A stretch of DNA of 30,477 bases from assembly GCA_036918135.1 (NCBI GenBank), contig JBALDB010000022.1, positions 1-30,477 on the forward strand, written 5' to 3'. The notes under the pieces are model-generated. The model had not been told where the DNA came from and did not search any database. It was given only the letters and a program-made list of their open reading frames with translations. The DNA comes from Nostoc sp. (GTDB lineage Bacteria > Cyanobacteriota > Cyanobacteriia > Cyanobacteriales > Nostocaceae). Positions 18,573 through 27,500 of the stretch are shown in pieces. Every line of letters begins with the position of its first letter. The first letter of the stretch is position 1. The translations under genes and the position numbers were made by a program.

Positions 18573-19218
18573 TCCTAGTTGCGAATATTTTAACCGCGCT
18601 CTGCCTAACAATGCTAAGGTTTGTCCCTGGTGTTCCACTCCCGTGGGTAATGTAGTTTCCTCTACACCACAACCGCCTATTCAGCCACAGCAAAGTCAAC
18701 CGCCTATTCAGCCACAGCAAAGTCAACCGCCTATTCAACAACCACCTAGTCAGTATCAGCGCCCAGTAACAGACCAACCTAATTATCAAGTTCCTCAACA
18801 AGCCCCGGTAGATTATTCAACAGTTTATCAGCCACGGGTTTCTTATCCACAAACACCCCCTCAATATACCCCCCCGCCTCAAAGAGCGCCAGTCTTAAAA
18901 CTGATTCATAGCAGCGGCAGAGAATTTCACCTCATGGGGGAAGGAGGTTATATTGGGCGTCGCAGTCAGAGTCCAGGAATAGCGCCGCCAGAAATTGACT
19001 TGACTGGCATTCCGAATGAAGGAATAGTCTCTCGTCGTCATGCACGAGTCGATTGGGATTGGTCGCAAAATGCATATATGATTGTTGACATGAGTACTAA
19101 TGGTATTTATTTAAACAACAATATTTTGACTCCTGGTATGCAATATCGTCTGCTTAATGGCGATGCAATCAAATTTGGTCAGGATAATCTAGTTAATTTC
19201 ACTGTATATGTGATGTAG
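18550..19218 (+). CDS. Zn-ribbon + Pro/Gln-rich linker + FHA domain protein
   Basis: CPNPSC / CPWC; FHA motifs IGRR, VSRRH, STNG; overlaps the upstream gene by 23 bp. Confidence 0.9.
   Translation: MPANRCPNPSCEYFNRALPNNAKVCPWCSTPVGNVVSSTPQPPIQPQQSQPPIQPQQSQPPIQQPPSQYQRPVTDQPNYQVPQQAPVDYSTVYQPRVSYPQTPPQYTPPPQRAPVLKLIHSSGREFHLMGEGGYIGRRSQSPGIAPPEIDLTGIPNEGIVSRRHARVDWDWSQNAYMIVDMSTNGIYLNNNILTPGMQYRLLNGDAIKFGQDNLVNFTVYVM
18670..18737 (+). repeat. 27-bp coding tandem repeat (QPPIQPQQS), 2.5 copies
   Basis: caaccgcctattcagccacagcaaagt twice exactly, plus a partial copy. Confidence 0.92.
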
Positions 19219-19241
19219 TAAAAAGAAGAGTTTTTTGGGGA

Positions 19242-19296
19242 GCGATGCCTTCGGCAAGCCGCTTCTCTACGAGACGCTTTGCGAACGCGTCTACGC
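19242..19296. repeat. Small dispersed repeat(s) apparently inserted in a HIP1 site
   Basis: gcgat...cgc split by gccttcggcaagccgcttctctacgagacgctttgcgaacgcgtcta. Confidence 0.5.
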
Positions 19297-19324
19297 CTTT
19301 CTTCTCAATCCAAATCGTCTCTAA

Positions 19325-19474
19325 GGGACTGACAAATAAAAAAATCCTACTGTTGAGAGTCAACGGTTAACAGGAGCCACTGCTTTGCGTATTTTCCAAG
19401 AGTTATAGCAACTGGCTCTCAACAGTTAATAGGGAAGCAACTTCAAACGTGATAACTTATTTTTTGGAGTTCCC
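19325..19474. mobile_element. MITE-like element, copy 2 (related to 6927-7070)
   Basis: gggactgacaaataaaaaaatcctactgtt...ggagccactgc...gcaactggctctcaac...gagttccc(ta). Confidence 0.72.
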
Positions 19475-19477
19475 TAA

Positions 19478-19592
19478 TACCAATTCTGTATGAAGATGCA
19501 TAGAAAGAACCCCACCACCTGCGACACCTCCCTAAACTCGCGGGGAGGTTGGGAGGGGTCAAAATAATATACAGCTTCACAGAGAATTTGTA
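19478..19592. mobile_element. MITE-like element adjoining the previous one
   Basis: Imperfect 21-bp inverted ends taccaattctgtatgaagatg / cagcttcacagagaatttgta. Confidence 0.62.
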
Positions 19593-19655
19593 CAAGTCGG
19601 ATAGCTATTTCAGACGAAGATACAAACCAGTAATAATTAAGGATAGCTAGGACGT

Positions 19656-21008
19656 ATGCCAATTAAACAAATTGAAAAACTTAAAACTCCTAAATTTCTC
19701 CAACAAATCGAATCAACCTTAAAACCATTGGATTTTTTGGAGCGCTGTGCCAAAAATTATGGAGAGCTTTTTTTTACTAATTCCTTCGGGAATTTAGAAA
19801 CTTTAGTTGTTAGTCATCCCCAGGATCTTCAAGAGTTATTTAATCCCACAAAAAAAATTCTTGATGCTCCAGGTGCAGCTAATGAAATCTTCAAACCTCA
19901 ACTTGGAGAAAACTCATTAATTATACAAGATGGAGAACACCATCAAAAACAGCGAAAGCTAATCATGCCTCCATTTCATGGGGACAAAATGCTCAATTAT
20001 GGGCAACAGATTTGTGAGATTACCCAACAAGCGATCGAACGCCTCAAACCAGGTGAAACCTTTATTGCTCGTCATCTAAGTGAAGACATTACGATGACGA
20101 TTATTTTAAAAGTAGTCTTTGGTATTGATGAGGGATTAAGATTTGAAAAACTGAAAAATTTAATGGCAACTTGGCTGGGTTTGACTAGTTCACCACTCAG
20201 CGCCAGTATTTTATTGCTGCCATCTTTACAGAAGGATTTAGGTGCTTGGAGTCCTTGGGGAAGATATCTCCGTTTGCGACAACAGATTGATGAAGAATTG
20301 ATGGCGCAAATATTGGAGCGTCACCAACAAGTGCAACCCTTGCGTTTAGATATTCTGAGTTTGCTAATAGAAGCAGAATATGAAAATGGAGAGACTATGA
20401 GTGATGCCGAATTAAGAGATAATCTGTTAACTTTACTCAATGCTGGTCACGAAACCACTGCGACTGCGATCGCTTGGGCTTTGTACTGGATTCATCAACA
20501 ACCAGAAGTCTATCAGCTCGTGTTGCATGAGTTACAAGGCTTAAATACTCGCGATCCGAGCAAAATTGCTCAACTTCCTTATTTGACAGCAGTTTGTCAA
20601 GAAACTTTGCGGATTTATCCTATAGTTCTTTTTACTTTTCCTCGAATTACTCTACGCCCTGTTAATTTAAGGGGATATGACGTTGCTTCTGGAACATATG
20701 TAACACCTTGTATTTATTTAACTCATCGTCGAGAAGATTTATATCCCCAGCCAGACAAATTTCAACCGGAAAGATTTATTAATCGTAAATACTCATCTTA
20801 TGAATTTTGGCCTTTTGGAGGAGGTTCTCGTCAATGTCTAGGTCAAGTATTTGCCTTGTTTGAAATGAAATTAATTCTGGCGACGATTCTGTTAAATTAT
20901 CAGTTTAAATTAGAGGAGAAAGCCCCTGTTACTCCAGCACGTCGAGGTTTTTTATTGGCTCCTCAAGGTGGAGTAAAAATGAGTCTTGTGGGAAATACTG
21001 CTTGTTAG
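19656..21008 (+). CDS. Cytochrome P450 (CYP110-like)
   Basis: AGHETT, ETLR, PERF and FGGGSRQCLG haem-binding motifs. Confidence 0.95.
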   Translation: MPIKQIEKLKTPKFLQQIESTLKPLDFLERCAKNYGELFFTNSFGNLETLVVSHPQDLQELFNPTKKILDAPGAANEIFKPQLGENSLIIQDGEHHQKQRKLIMPPFHGDKMLNYGQQICEITQQAIERLKPGETFIARHLSEDITMTIILKVVFGIDEGLRFEKLKNLMATWLGLTSSPLSASILLLPSLQKDLGAWSPWGRYLRLRQQIDEELMAQILERHQQVQPLRLDILSLLIEAEYENGETMSDAELRDNLLTLLNAGHETTATAIAWALYWIHQQPEVYQLVLHELQGLNTRDPSKIAQLPYLTAVCQETLRIYPIVLFTFPRITLRPVNLRGYDVASGTYVTPCIYLTHRREDLYPQPDKFQPERFINRKYSSYEFWPFGGGSRQCLGQVFALFEMKLILATILLNYQFKLEEKAPVTPARRGFLLAPQGGVKMSLVGNTAC

Positions 21009-21160
21009 ACGAACCTATCGGCTTAATAAAATTCTTTGAATCTAGGTCTGACGCTCTTACACCTACTGTGTACACGCAAGTCTTGTAAAGTTGCTGTGTA
21101 AGGTAAAATGAGTAAATTTTTATACCTATTTTAAAAAAGAATGTAACAAATAGACCATCT

Positions 21161-21270
21161 GTAGAGACGCGATTCATCAGCCAGCGCGTTGCAAAGAGAA
21201 GTCTGAGCGGAGGTTTCCTTTGATCGGAACTTCGGAGGATTCCCCCCGTTGTACGACTGGCGTCGCGTCT
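21161..21270. repeat. Nested small dispersed repeats
   Basis: Outer gtagagacgcgat...tcgcgtct, inner gccagcgcgttgc...cgttgtacgactggc, with a further hairpin inside. Confidence 0.6.
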
Positions 21271-21332
21271 TGAACCAAGGATATGTTGCAATCATTAATT
21301 GAATTGGTATTATAAGCCGATGCATTTTTTAG

Positions 21333-21740
21333 TTAGCGAGAGTCATCTATCGTAAGCCCATACGCAATGTTTTCTGCCTCAATTGCAGTAATTCTAAATT
21401 TGACGGTACTAGAGGCATCAGCGACTAAATAACCTTTACCCAAGGCTGGCTTTTTGGGTGTTGATACTACTGAAGATGTAGGTTGCCCTTTGTCATCCAG
21501 TAATTCAAGACAAACAGTACCCCGCCCAACCTCTAGCGTGACCTTAGTATTTAAGCGGCGATTGTTAACGTCTTTGAGTTTAATGGTTTCAGTAGTAGAA
21601 CCATTGGCTTGCAGGATAATGCCCCCAAGTATTGGAGAGTTACCAACAACAACAGTATCAAACGTGACGCTCCTAGCAATCAAAGCGACACAAGCACCCA
21701 GAATCATCATTAAAGTCAGAACTAGTGCAACTTTGTTCAC
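21333..21740 (-). CDS. Hypothetical exported or membrane-anchored protein
   Basis: 135 aa; hydrophobic N-terminus followed by a beta-rich-looking domain. Confidence 0.65.
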   Translation of the reverse strand: MNKVALVLTLMMILGACVALIARSVTFDTVVVGNSPILGGIILQANGSTTETIKLKDVNNRRLNTKVTLEVGRGTVCLELLDDKGQPTSSVVSTPKKPALGKGYLVADASSTVKFRITAIEAENIAYGLTIDDSR

Positions 21741-22154
21741 AACGACTAGACTTAATCTACTCTATTAAGAAAATTCTACTCTTCAAAGATTCCTAAGTAT
21801 GACAGACCGATAAATTTTACTCAAGAGCAATCAACGGTGGATCTAATGCATACACAGGACTGCATTAAGCTATTCACGAACTGCGGTACGACTCAGTTAA
21901 CAAAGCGAAATAACTGCTGGCGAGACAGATAGGGTAAAAGAGCGAATTGCTGTAGGGTTACAGGTACAGGAAAAGTTTTGAGAACAGTAGGAGCATTTAC
22001 GCGCTTTTACATATGACATCAAAAGTGAGGTTAATCAATCGACTACCCTTCAATTTTGGTATAAATATCATAAAAAACATACTTATTCAGTATAGTGAGA
22101 TACTTGTTGTTAAACTTTTGGTATTATTTCTAAAGCAGTTGCAAGTTAGTTTTC

Positions 22155-22403
22155 ATGTCCTGTATTCAAGCTGATGTCAGAATTCCACCTCATCTTCATC
22201 AAAAGCTAGCTGTATACGCTACTCAGGCTGAGGCATTCAAATCTAAGGTGATTATAAACACTCTTATTCGTTACCTAGAGTGTACTGAGGATAAATCACA
22301 TCCTGACTCGAATTTTCCCGTTGCAGTTATAGATAGGCATAAGCAGCCACTATCTCTGGCAGCCAACGAGCTGAACTATTTTTATTTCTACGCCACAAGT
22401 TAA
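22155..22403 (+). CDS. Small ribbon-helix-helix-like protein, possibly degenerate
   Basis: VRIPPHLHQKL..YA.....KSKVIINTL.RYL pattern; C-terminal half looks unconserved. Confidence 0.45.
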   Translation: MSCIQADVRIPPHLHQKLAVYATQAEAFKSKVIINTLIRYLECTEDKSHPDSNFPVAVIDRHKQPLSLAANELNYFYFYATS

Positions 22404-22533
22404 GATTACTTGATTGAAGAGGAATTTTAATCCGAATTTGTCACAGTTGTTAATACTTGCCACTGCCTACAAAATGTAGGTATAAAAATAGCTGCTGATT
22501 AGTTAATAATTCTCAGTTGATTTAGTTTTAATT

Positions 22534-22686
22534 ATGATTGCAAACACTGTTTTAGATCCTTTAATAACCAGTATTGGGCGTGCAGAAATTTGTCAGATTT
22601 TAGGAGAGACTTACAACCAGGAACGTTGGAACGATTGGCGCTGGCAAATGCGGCATCGACTGACTAAGCTGGCTGCTAAAGCTTGA
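22534..22686 (+). pseudogene. 5' fragment of a KamA-family (lysine 2,3-aminomutase-like) radical SAM gene
   Basis: Own translation MIANTVLDPLITSIGRAEICQILGETYNQERWNDWRWQMRHRLTKL(AAKA*); WNDWRWQ is the KamA-type N-terminal motif; no radical-SAM Cys motif follows. Confidence 0.7.
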
Positions 22687-22832
22687 CTGTTAAGTAAGCC
22701 CATCATCACCCCATCCAATAAAGGAATCCCTGCTTCCAATATTTGAGCGATTATCAAAGGAACTGCTAGTTGTAAGCAGGCTTGGATTTCCAATATAAAC
22801 TCTGATTTAAGTTCTTTTGAGGTTAACTCCAT
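22670..22832 (-). pseudogene. 5' fragment of a MATE (NorM-like) efflux transporter gene
   Basis: EIQACLQLAVPLIIAQ...DGVMMGLLNSQALAA matches the MATE N-terminus; similarity ends abruptly after about 54 aa. Confidence 0.78.
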
Positions 22833-23037
22833 TCTCGAACAAACACTAAGTAGGGCAACAAAAAGGTCACCTTAGTATATTAAGATAAGTTAAGGTCAAT
22901 AATCAAAATAAATTTTAGCTTTGACAGCAGAATTACTGAATTCAGAAGGGAAACAGGCTTTATATCTGGTTTAGAGAGGAATCGTTGTCTACTTCAGTTT
23001 CCTTGAAATTTGCTGTAACTGTAGGTTCCCCCGATCG

Positions 23038-23074
23038 AAAGTCACGGATTATCTGACGAGATCCGTGATTTTTT
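23038..23074. terminator. Terminator-like hairpin
   Basis: aagtcacggat / atccgtgattt stem with a T-run on the + strand; the transcript it serves is unclear. Confidence 0.5.
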
Positions 23075-23088
23075 GTTACGGTCAAATA

Positions 23089-23326
23089 ATATCATGTCCG
23101 CTCAAATAACCGTCATTGCAACCGTAGGGAAGCAATCTCAAAAACTTTGATTATGATTGCGTTGTTTCATTATGTTTCACTCGCAACTTCGTATTACGGT
23201 TAATTTGCCGAACATCATATAGCAATCCTTACAGGAGAAAGTGAAAAATATTAGTGATGGCTGTTGACATTCAATAGTCAACTGTCAACAGCAGCAATAT
23301 TTCACAAATGATTTAAGAATGCTATA
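23089..23326. mobile_element. Two abutting MITE-like elements (23089-23220 and about 23218-23326)
   Basis: Inverted ends atatcatgtccgctcaaataaccgt / acggttaatttgccgaacatcatat, and tatagcaatcctta / ttaagaatgctata. Confidence 0.65.
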
Positions 23327-23363
23327 TAAGTCGTTGTTGTACATCTTAAAGAGTTACTTTTGT

Positions 23364-24185
23364 TTATAAATTAAACTCGCCACCAGTAAATGGGGTAAAA
23401 CCACGAAACTTTAAAGATTGAGCGATCGCACTTTCGGCTGAATGCTGATAATCTTGCTTTCTCTTTTCTTCCAACTGCTTCTCTTCATCAATAAATAAAT
23501 CTTTGCTCAAAGATTTAATCGCCTCATCAATTTTTGACCCAACTGTATCAGGTTGCTCAATTTCTTTGACTAAATCCTGTAGTTTAGAAAAAATTTCTTG
23601 AAGATATTCTTCAATGCTTGCTGAGGAAAGCACGTCTTGTAATTTATTAGGTAGTTCCTCAATTTCTTCGCTGATATTGATTCCTTGTGCTTGTAGCCTT
23701 TCTCTTAGGGAATGTAGGCGCGATCGCGCACTCTCAACTTGAGTAGAATTTTCAGAGGTTGATTCAGCTAAAAATTCTTTTAACTGGCTATAGATATTAA
23801 TAAAAGCAGTTTGGGCAGCTTCAGGATTATTTTGCAATTCTTCAGGAGTAACACCCAAAAGTGAGGAAATGATGTCTGAGACTGATGGAGTTTCGTTAGA
23901 TGGTGGAGTGGCTTTTTCTGAAGTTTGTGTTGAGAATAACATCAGGTTAGAGACAGCGATTTTTGCTTGCGCCATCGCTTGATTCATTTCAGTTTGTAGG
24001 TATGCTTTTGCTGCTGACTCTGGAATTTCAAAGTTAGCGATCGCAGTTTGCGTGACTTTCTTTTGGATACCAGTAAGAGTAGAAATGATGAAGCGACCTC
24101 TAGACAGCTTTTGGTTATCGGGAATGAGGAAGTAACGCTGATGGTTTGAATCAGTCCAGAGAGAAAGTTTATCTTGATTATTCAT
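23364..24185 (-). CDS. Hypothetical helical protein; third gene of the effector unit
   Basis: 273 aa; starts 4 bp after the upstream stop codon. Confidence 0.8.
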   Translation of the reverse strand: MNNQDKLSLWTDSNHQRYFLIPDNQKLSRGRFIISTLTGIQKKVTQTAIANFEIPESAAKAYLQTEMNQAMAQAKIAVSNLMLFSTQTSEKATPPSNETPSVSDIISSLLGVTPEELQNNPEAAQTAFINIYSQLKEFLAESTSENSTQVESARSRLHSLRERLQAQGINISEEIEELPNKLQDVLSSASIEEYLQEIFSKLQDLVKEIEQPDTVGSKIDEAIKSLSKDLFIDEEKQLEEKRKQDYQHSAESAIAQSLKFRGFTPFTGGEFNL

Positions 24186-24189
24186 AAAT

Positions 24190-24546
24190 TTATTCTATAT
24201 AAAACTGCTCTGTGACTTCATCTCCATCCTCTGTCACTTCAACATATTCAAAGCTACTAGTAATATTTTGCTTTTGGCACAACTGCCATAGTTGCTGTAA
24301 CAATACTTTTACTTCTTCAAGCATCCTGGACATATTACCTTCCAGTAAAAAACTTGGTGGTACTCCTTCAAGAGTCACCGAATTGTAAGAATACAAGTAA
24401 ATTTGCTCATTTTCATATACTATTTCTTCACCACTGAGCCGAATTTTAATATTTAAATCTTCTGTTTTTAGCCAATTTTTTAATATGACGGCTACAACCT
24501 TGTAATCGCCAGAATATATTGTTCCATAGAAGGCTATTTTATTCAT
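24190..24546 (-). CDS. Small acidic protein; candidate immunity protein
   Basis: 118 aa; ATG lies 2 bp after the effector stop codon. Confidence 0.7.
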   Translation of the reverse strand: MNKIAFYGTIYSGDYKVVAVILKNWLKTEDLNIKIRLSGEEIVYENEQIYLYSYNSVTLEGVPPSFLLEGNMSRMLEEVKVLLQQLWQLCQKQNITSSFEYVEVTEDGDEVTEQFYIE

Positions 24547-24548
24547 TT

Positions 24549-27500
24549 TTATTGATTGTCTAAATTTCCTGTAACGGGTAAGTCAGGCTTCACATCAAAT
24601 CGTCCGCCTCTGATTAAAACGGAGATAGATTCAACATTCAAATGAGGATATTTATCGTTAATTTCATTAGTGGTCTTTTTCAGCGGTTTGATAATATCAG
24701 TCTTGGAACTTATAATGCCATTTAGCAAGGCATTCCCGAAAGTCCTGGCTTGTCCATTATATTTTTCCCGGTTAGCTGGAATCATAATATCATTAGCTAA
24801 TTGAACTAGCTCATCGTGGGACTTGTCATTCAGAGAAACTGTCTCAGGTTTTTTGCCAGTTTCTCTTGTTGTTATTTTTCCATCGTATCGCTGAACTAGT
24901 AGTCGATCAAAACTAGGTTCATCGACAAATGCAGCAATATCAACATCTTGAGCGCTAGTTTTGCGGAGTGATGAGCCTTGGATTCTGATATCATCGGCAG
25001 GAATACCTGCTGCTTTTACACCTTTAAGTAGGTCTTGGCTGAATTCTTGAAACTCATTTTTATCAGCAAATTTCTCTGGGAATCCGCGCTTGCTGATGAC
25101 ATTAACCCAATGTTCCATTTGGCCAATAAGTTCATCAGCTGAGATCGCCTTAGCCTTTCTTGACCCTGTGTAAATTAAATCCTCAATAACTTTATCACTC
25201 AGTCCCAGTTCTTTCCCTTTCTTGATGATGGAATCTAATTGGTCTTGAGTGTAAGTAAGCTCAAATTTATCAGACTGGCTAGCTATTCTGCTGTTAACAG
25301 AATCCAGTATTTCCTCAGGCTTTCCTGTTTGTCTAGTCTGAGATGATTCATTTTCCAACTGCTCAGATTTAGTACTGCTAGGCCTAGTTGTCTCAGGGCT
25401 TTGTGCGTCTGCCTCAGGCTCTTTAATACCAGGCATATCCTTAGGTCTAGTGCTGCTAGACTCACCTATTTCTTCTGGACGAGTACTTCTGGTGCTGCTA
25501 GATTCGCCTATTTCTTCTGGGCGAGTGCTTCTGGTGCTGCTAGACTCACCTATTTCTTCTGGACTGCTCCTTGGCGCTTCACTTTCAGGCCGTGGAACAT
25601 TTGGCGCATCCACCCCAGGACTATCAATTGTCGGTGTATTAATTCTCCCACTAAAGCCCGTCTTAATTCCATCTCCCAGCGAACTACCAAACCGCTCTCC
25701 AGCTTGGAATGTCCTGGTTTGCATACCCTCAACACTGCGACCAAATCTACCAAGTCTACCCAGGTTTGCTGTAGAAATCTGCACAGCAGCACCGATCGCA
25801 GCACCAATGAGAACTGCTTCTAAAGTGATCGGCTCTCCTGTTGCTAAGTTGCCAAAAATACCACCAGCGATATCAAAGGCAACATCAATACCAAACTTCA
25901 AGAACGATTGAGTCAGCCCTGCACCCAGTTTACCCGCTTGACCCAAGACGTTACCTAAGACACCACCAGCACCACCCAAGGCACCACCGATCGCTCCAGC
26001 CAAGGCTGCCTTACCCACACCGTCCAGCAGGTTCTTACCGTCGATGGCGTTGTTGCCTATCTGAATCACAGCGCCAGCCACAGCGCCAACGATTGCCCCA
26101 CCAACTACTGCACCAATCCCCCCTGCTAAAGCTGCACTTGCTCCCAATGCCCCAGCTAGCGCGCCCACTGCCCCAATCACGGCTGGTGCAACGATAATTG
26201 CCACAACAATTACAGCAATCACTAGCAAAACTTTCAGGACTGTTTTCCAGCGCGGTTGTTCTTTATCTGCTGCTTCTTGAGCGTATTTTTGAATATCTGA
26301 GTCGAGATTTGGCTGTTTGTCTCCTTGGATTGAACCACGCAACCCTTTCTCCAAGTCAGTAACACTCTTTTGGAAGTTAGTGTCCATGTTTTGGTTACTT
26401 TGGTCAAAAGCAGTTTGAATTCCTTGAGTAGTTTGACCAAAACCTGTAACGGCTGTTGTAGTCGTATTAGTGACTGTGGTTGTGAAGGTTTGCTGAATTT
26501 GATTGAAGGTGTCTGTAGCGCCTTGATTGAGATTAGTTAAGGTAGTCTTGGCTTCTTGAGAAACACCACTAGACTCTTCTAGCCCACTTTGGGCAATACC
26601 ATTTACCGCAGTAACCGCTTGCTGTCCTCCTTGGGCAATACCTTCTTGTGACGCTGTAATCCCCTGTTCGGTTTGCTGTTGGACTTTGGCCACAGAGCTA
26701 TCAAACTGCGCCAAGATTTCTGCTAAAGTAGCACTCAACTCATCTGGATTCGGCGCTGGCGTTCCCTGGAGTTGGCTTTGGGTATCTTGAATGGCAGTTT
26801 GCAGACTGTTAGCAGCTTGGTTGATGCCATCTTGGATGGAAGCGATCGCCTTTTGAGCATCCCGTTCAATTGCCGATACTTGCCCTTGACCGTAAACTGA
26901 CAACAATTGTAATTGAGCAGCTTGCTGTTGGTCTAAAGACTGTAATGTAGATTGCAGAGTTTGGTTAGCTGTTTGAGTCAACTGGGTTTGTGCTTCTGCC
27001 AGCTGAGACAAAACTTGCTGCTCAACAGAGTTTAAATTGCTTAGAGTTTGTTGTTGGAGAGTTTGCAGTTGTTGGCGAGACTGATTGGCAATGTTATGGA
27101 TTCCTTCAATGTCCTTCGGTTTCCCTTGAGCGACAGCATCAGCTTGTTTGTTGCCTTCTTTAACTAAACCGTCTTTGTATTGTTTTGCGACTTCTCTGGC
27201 TGCTTTGGCTCTGGCTTTGAGTCTGTTGTCAGTAAGTGGCCCTTTCAAGAAGCTATCATCTTTACCAGTAATTTGAGATTCCCATGCAGTCGCTTTTTGT
27301 TCGCCAAAGGCGATCGCTTCGTCTCCTACTTTGACGCCAGCAGCACGGTATTTCTCTCTTGCTTGGGTATAAAATTCTTCAATCTTCGCCAGTTGGTTGT
27401 TCTCACTCTCGTCTACTTTCTGGAGAGAGGTTGTATATTCTGTAGTAACTTTTTGACGTTCTGTGGCAGTTGTTTGAGAAGTTGTCGCTGCTGCTGCCTG

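Noticed and set aside
22611..22832. 73-aa ORF as an intact small protein
   Set aside because: It is a MATE 5' fragment reading through into antisense KamA-like sequence.
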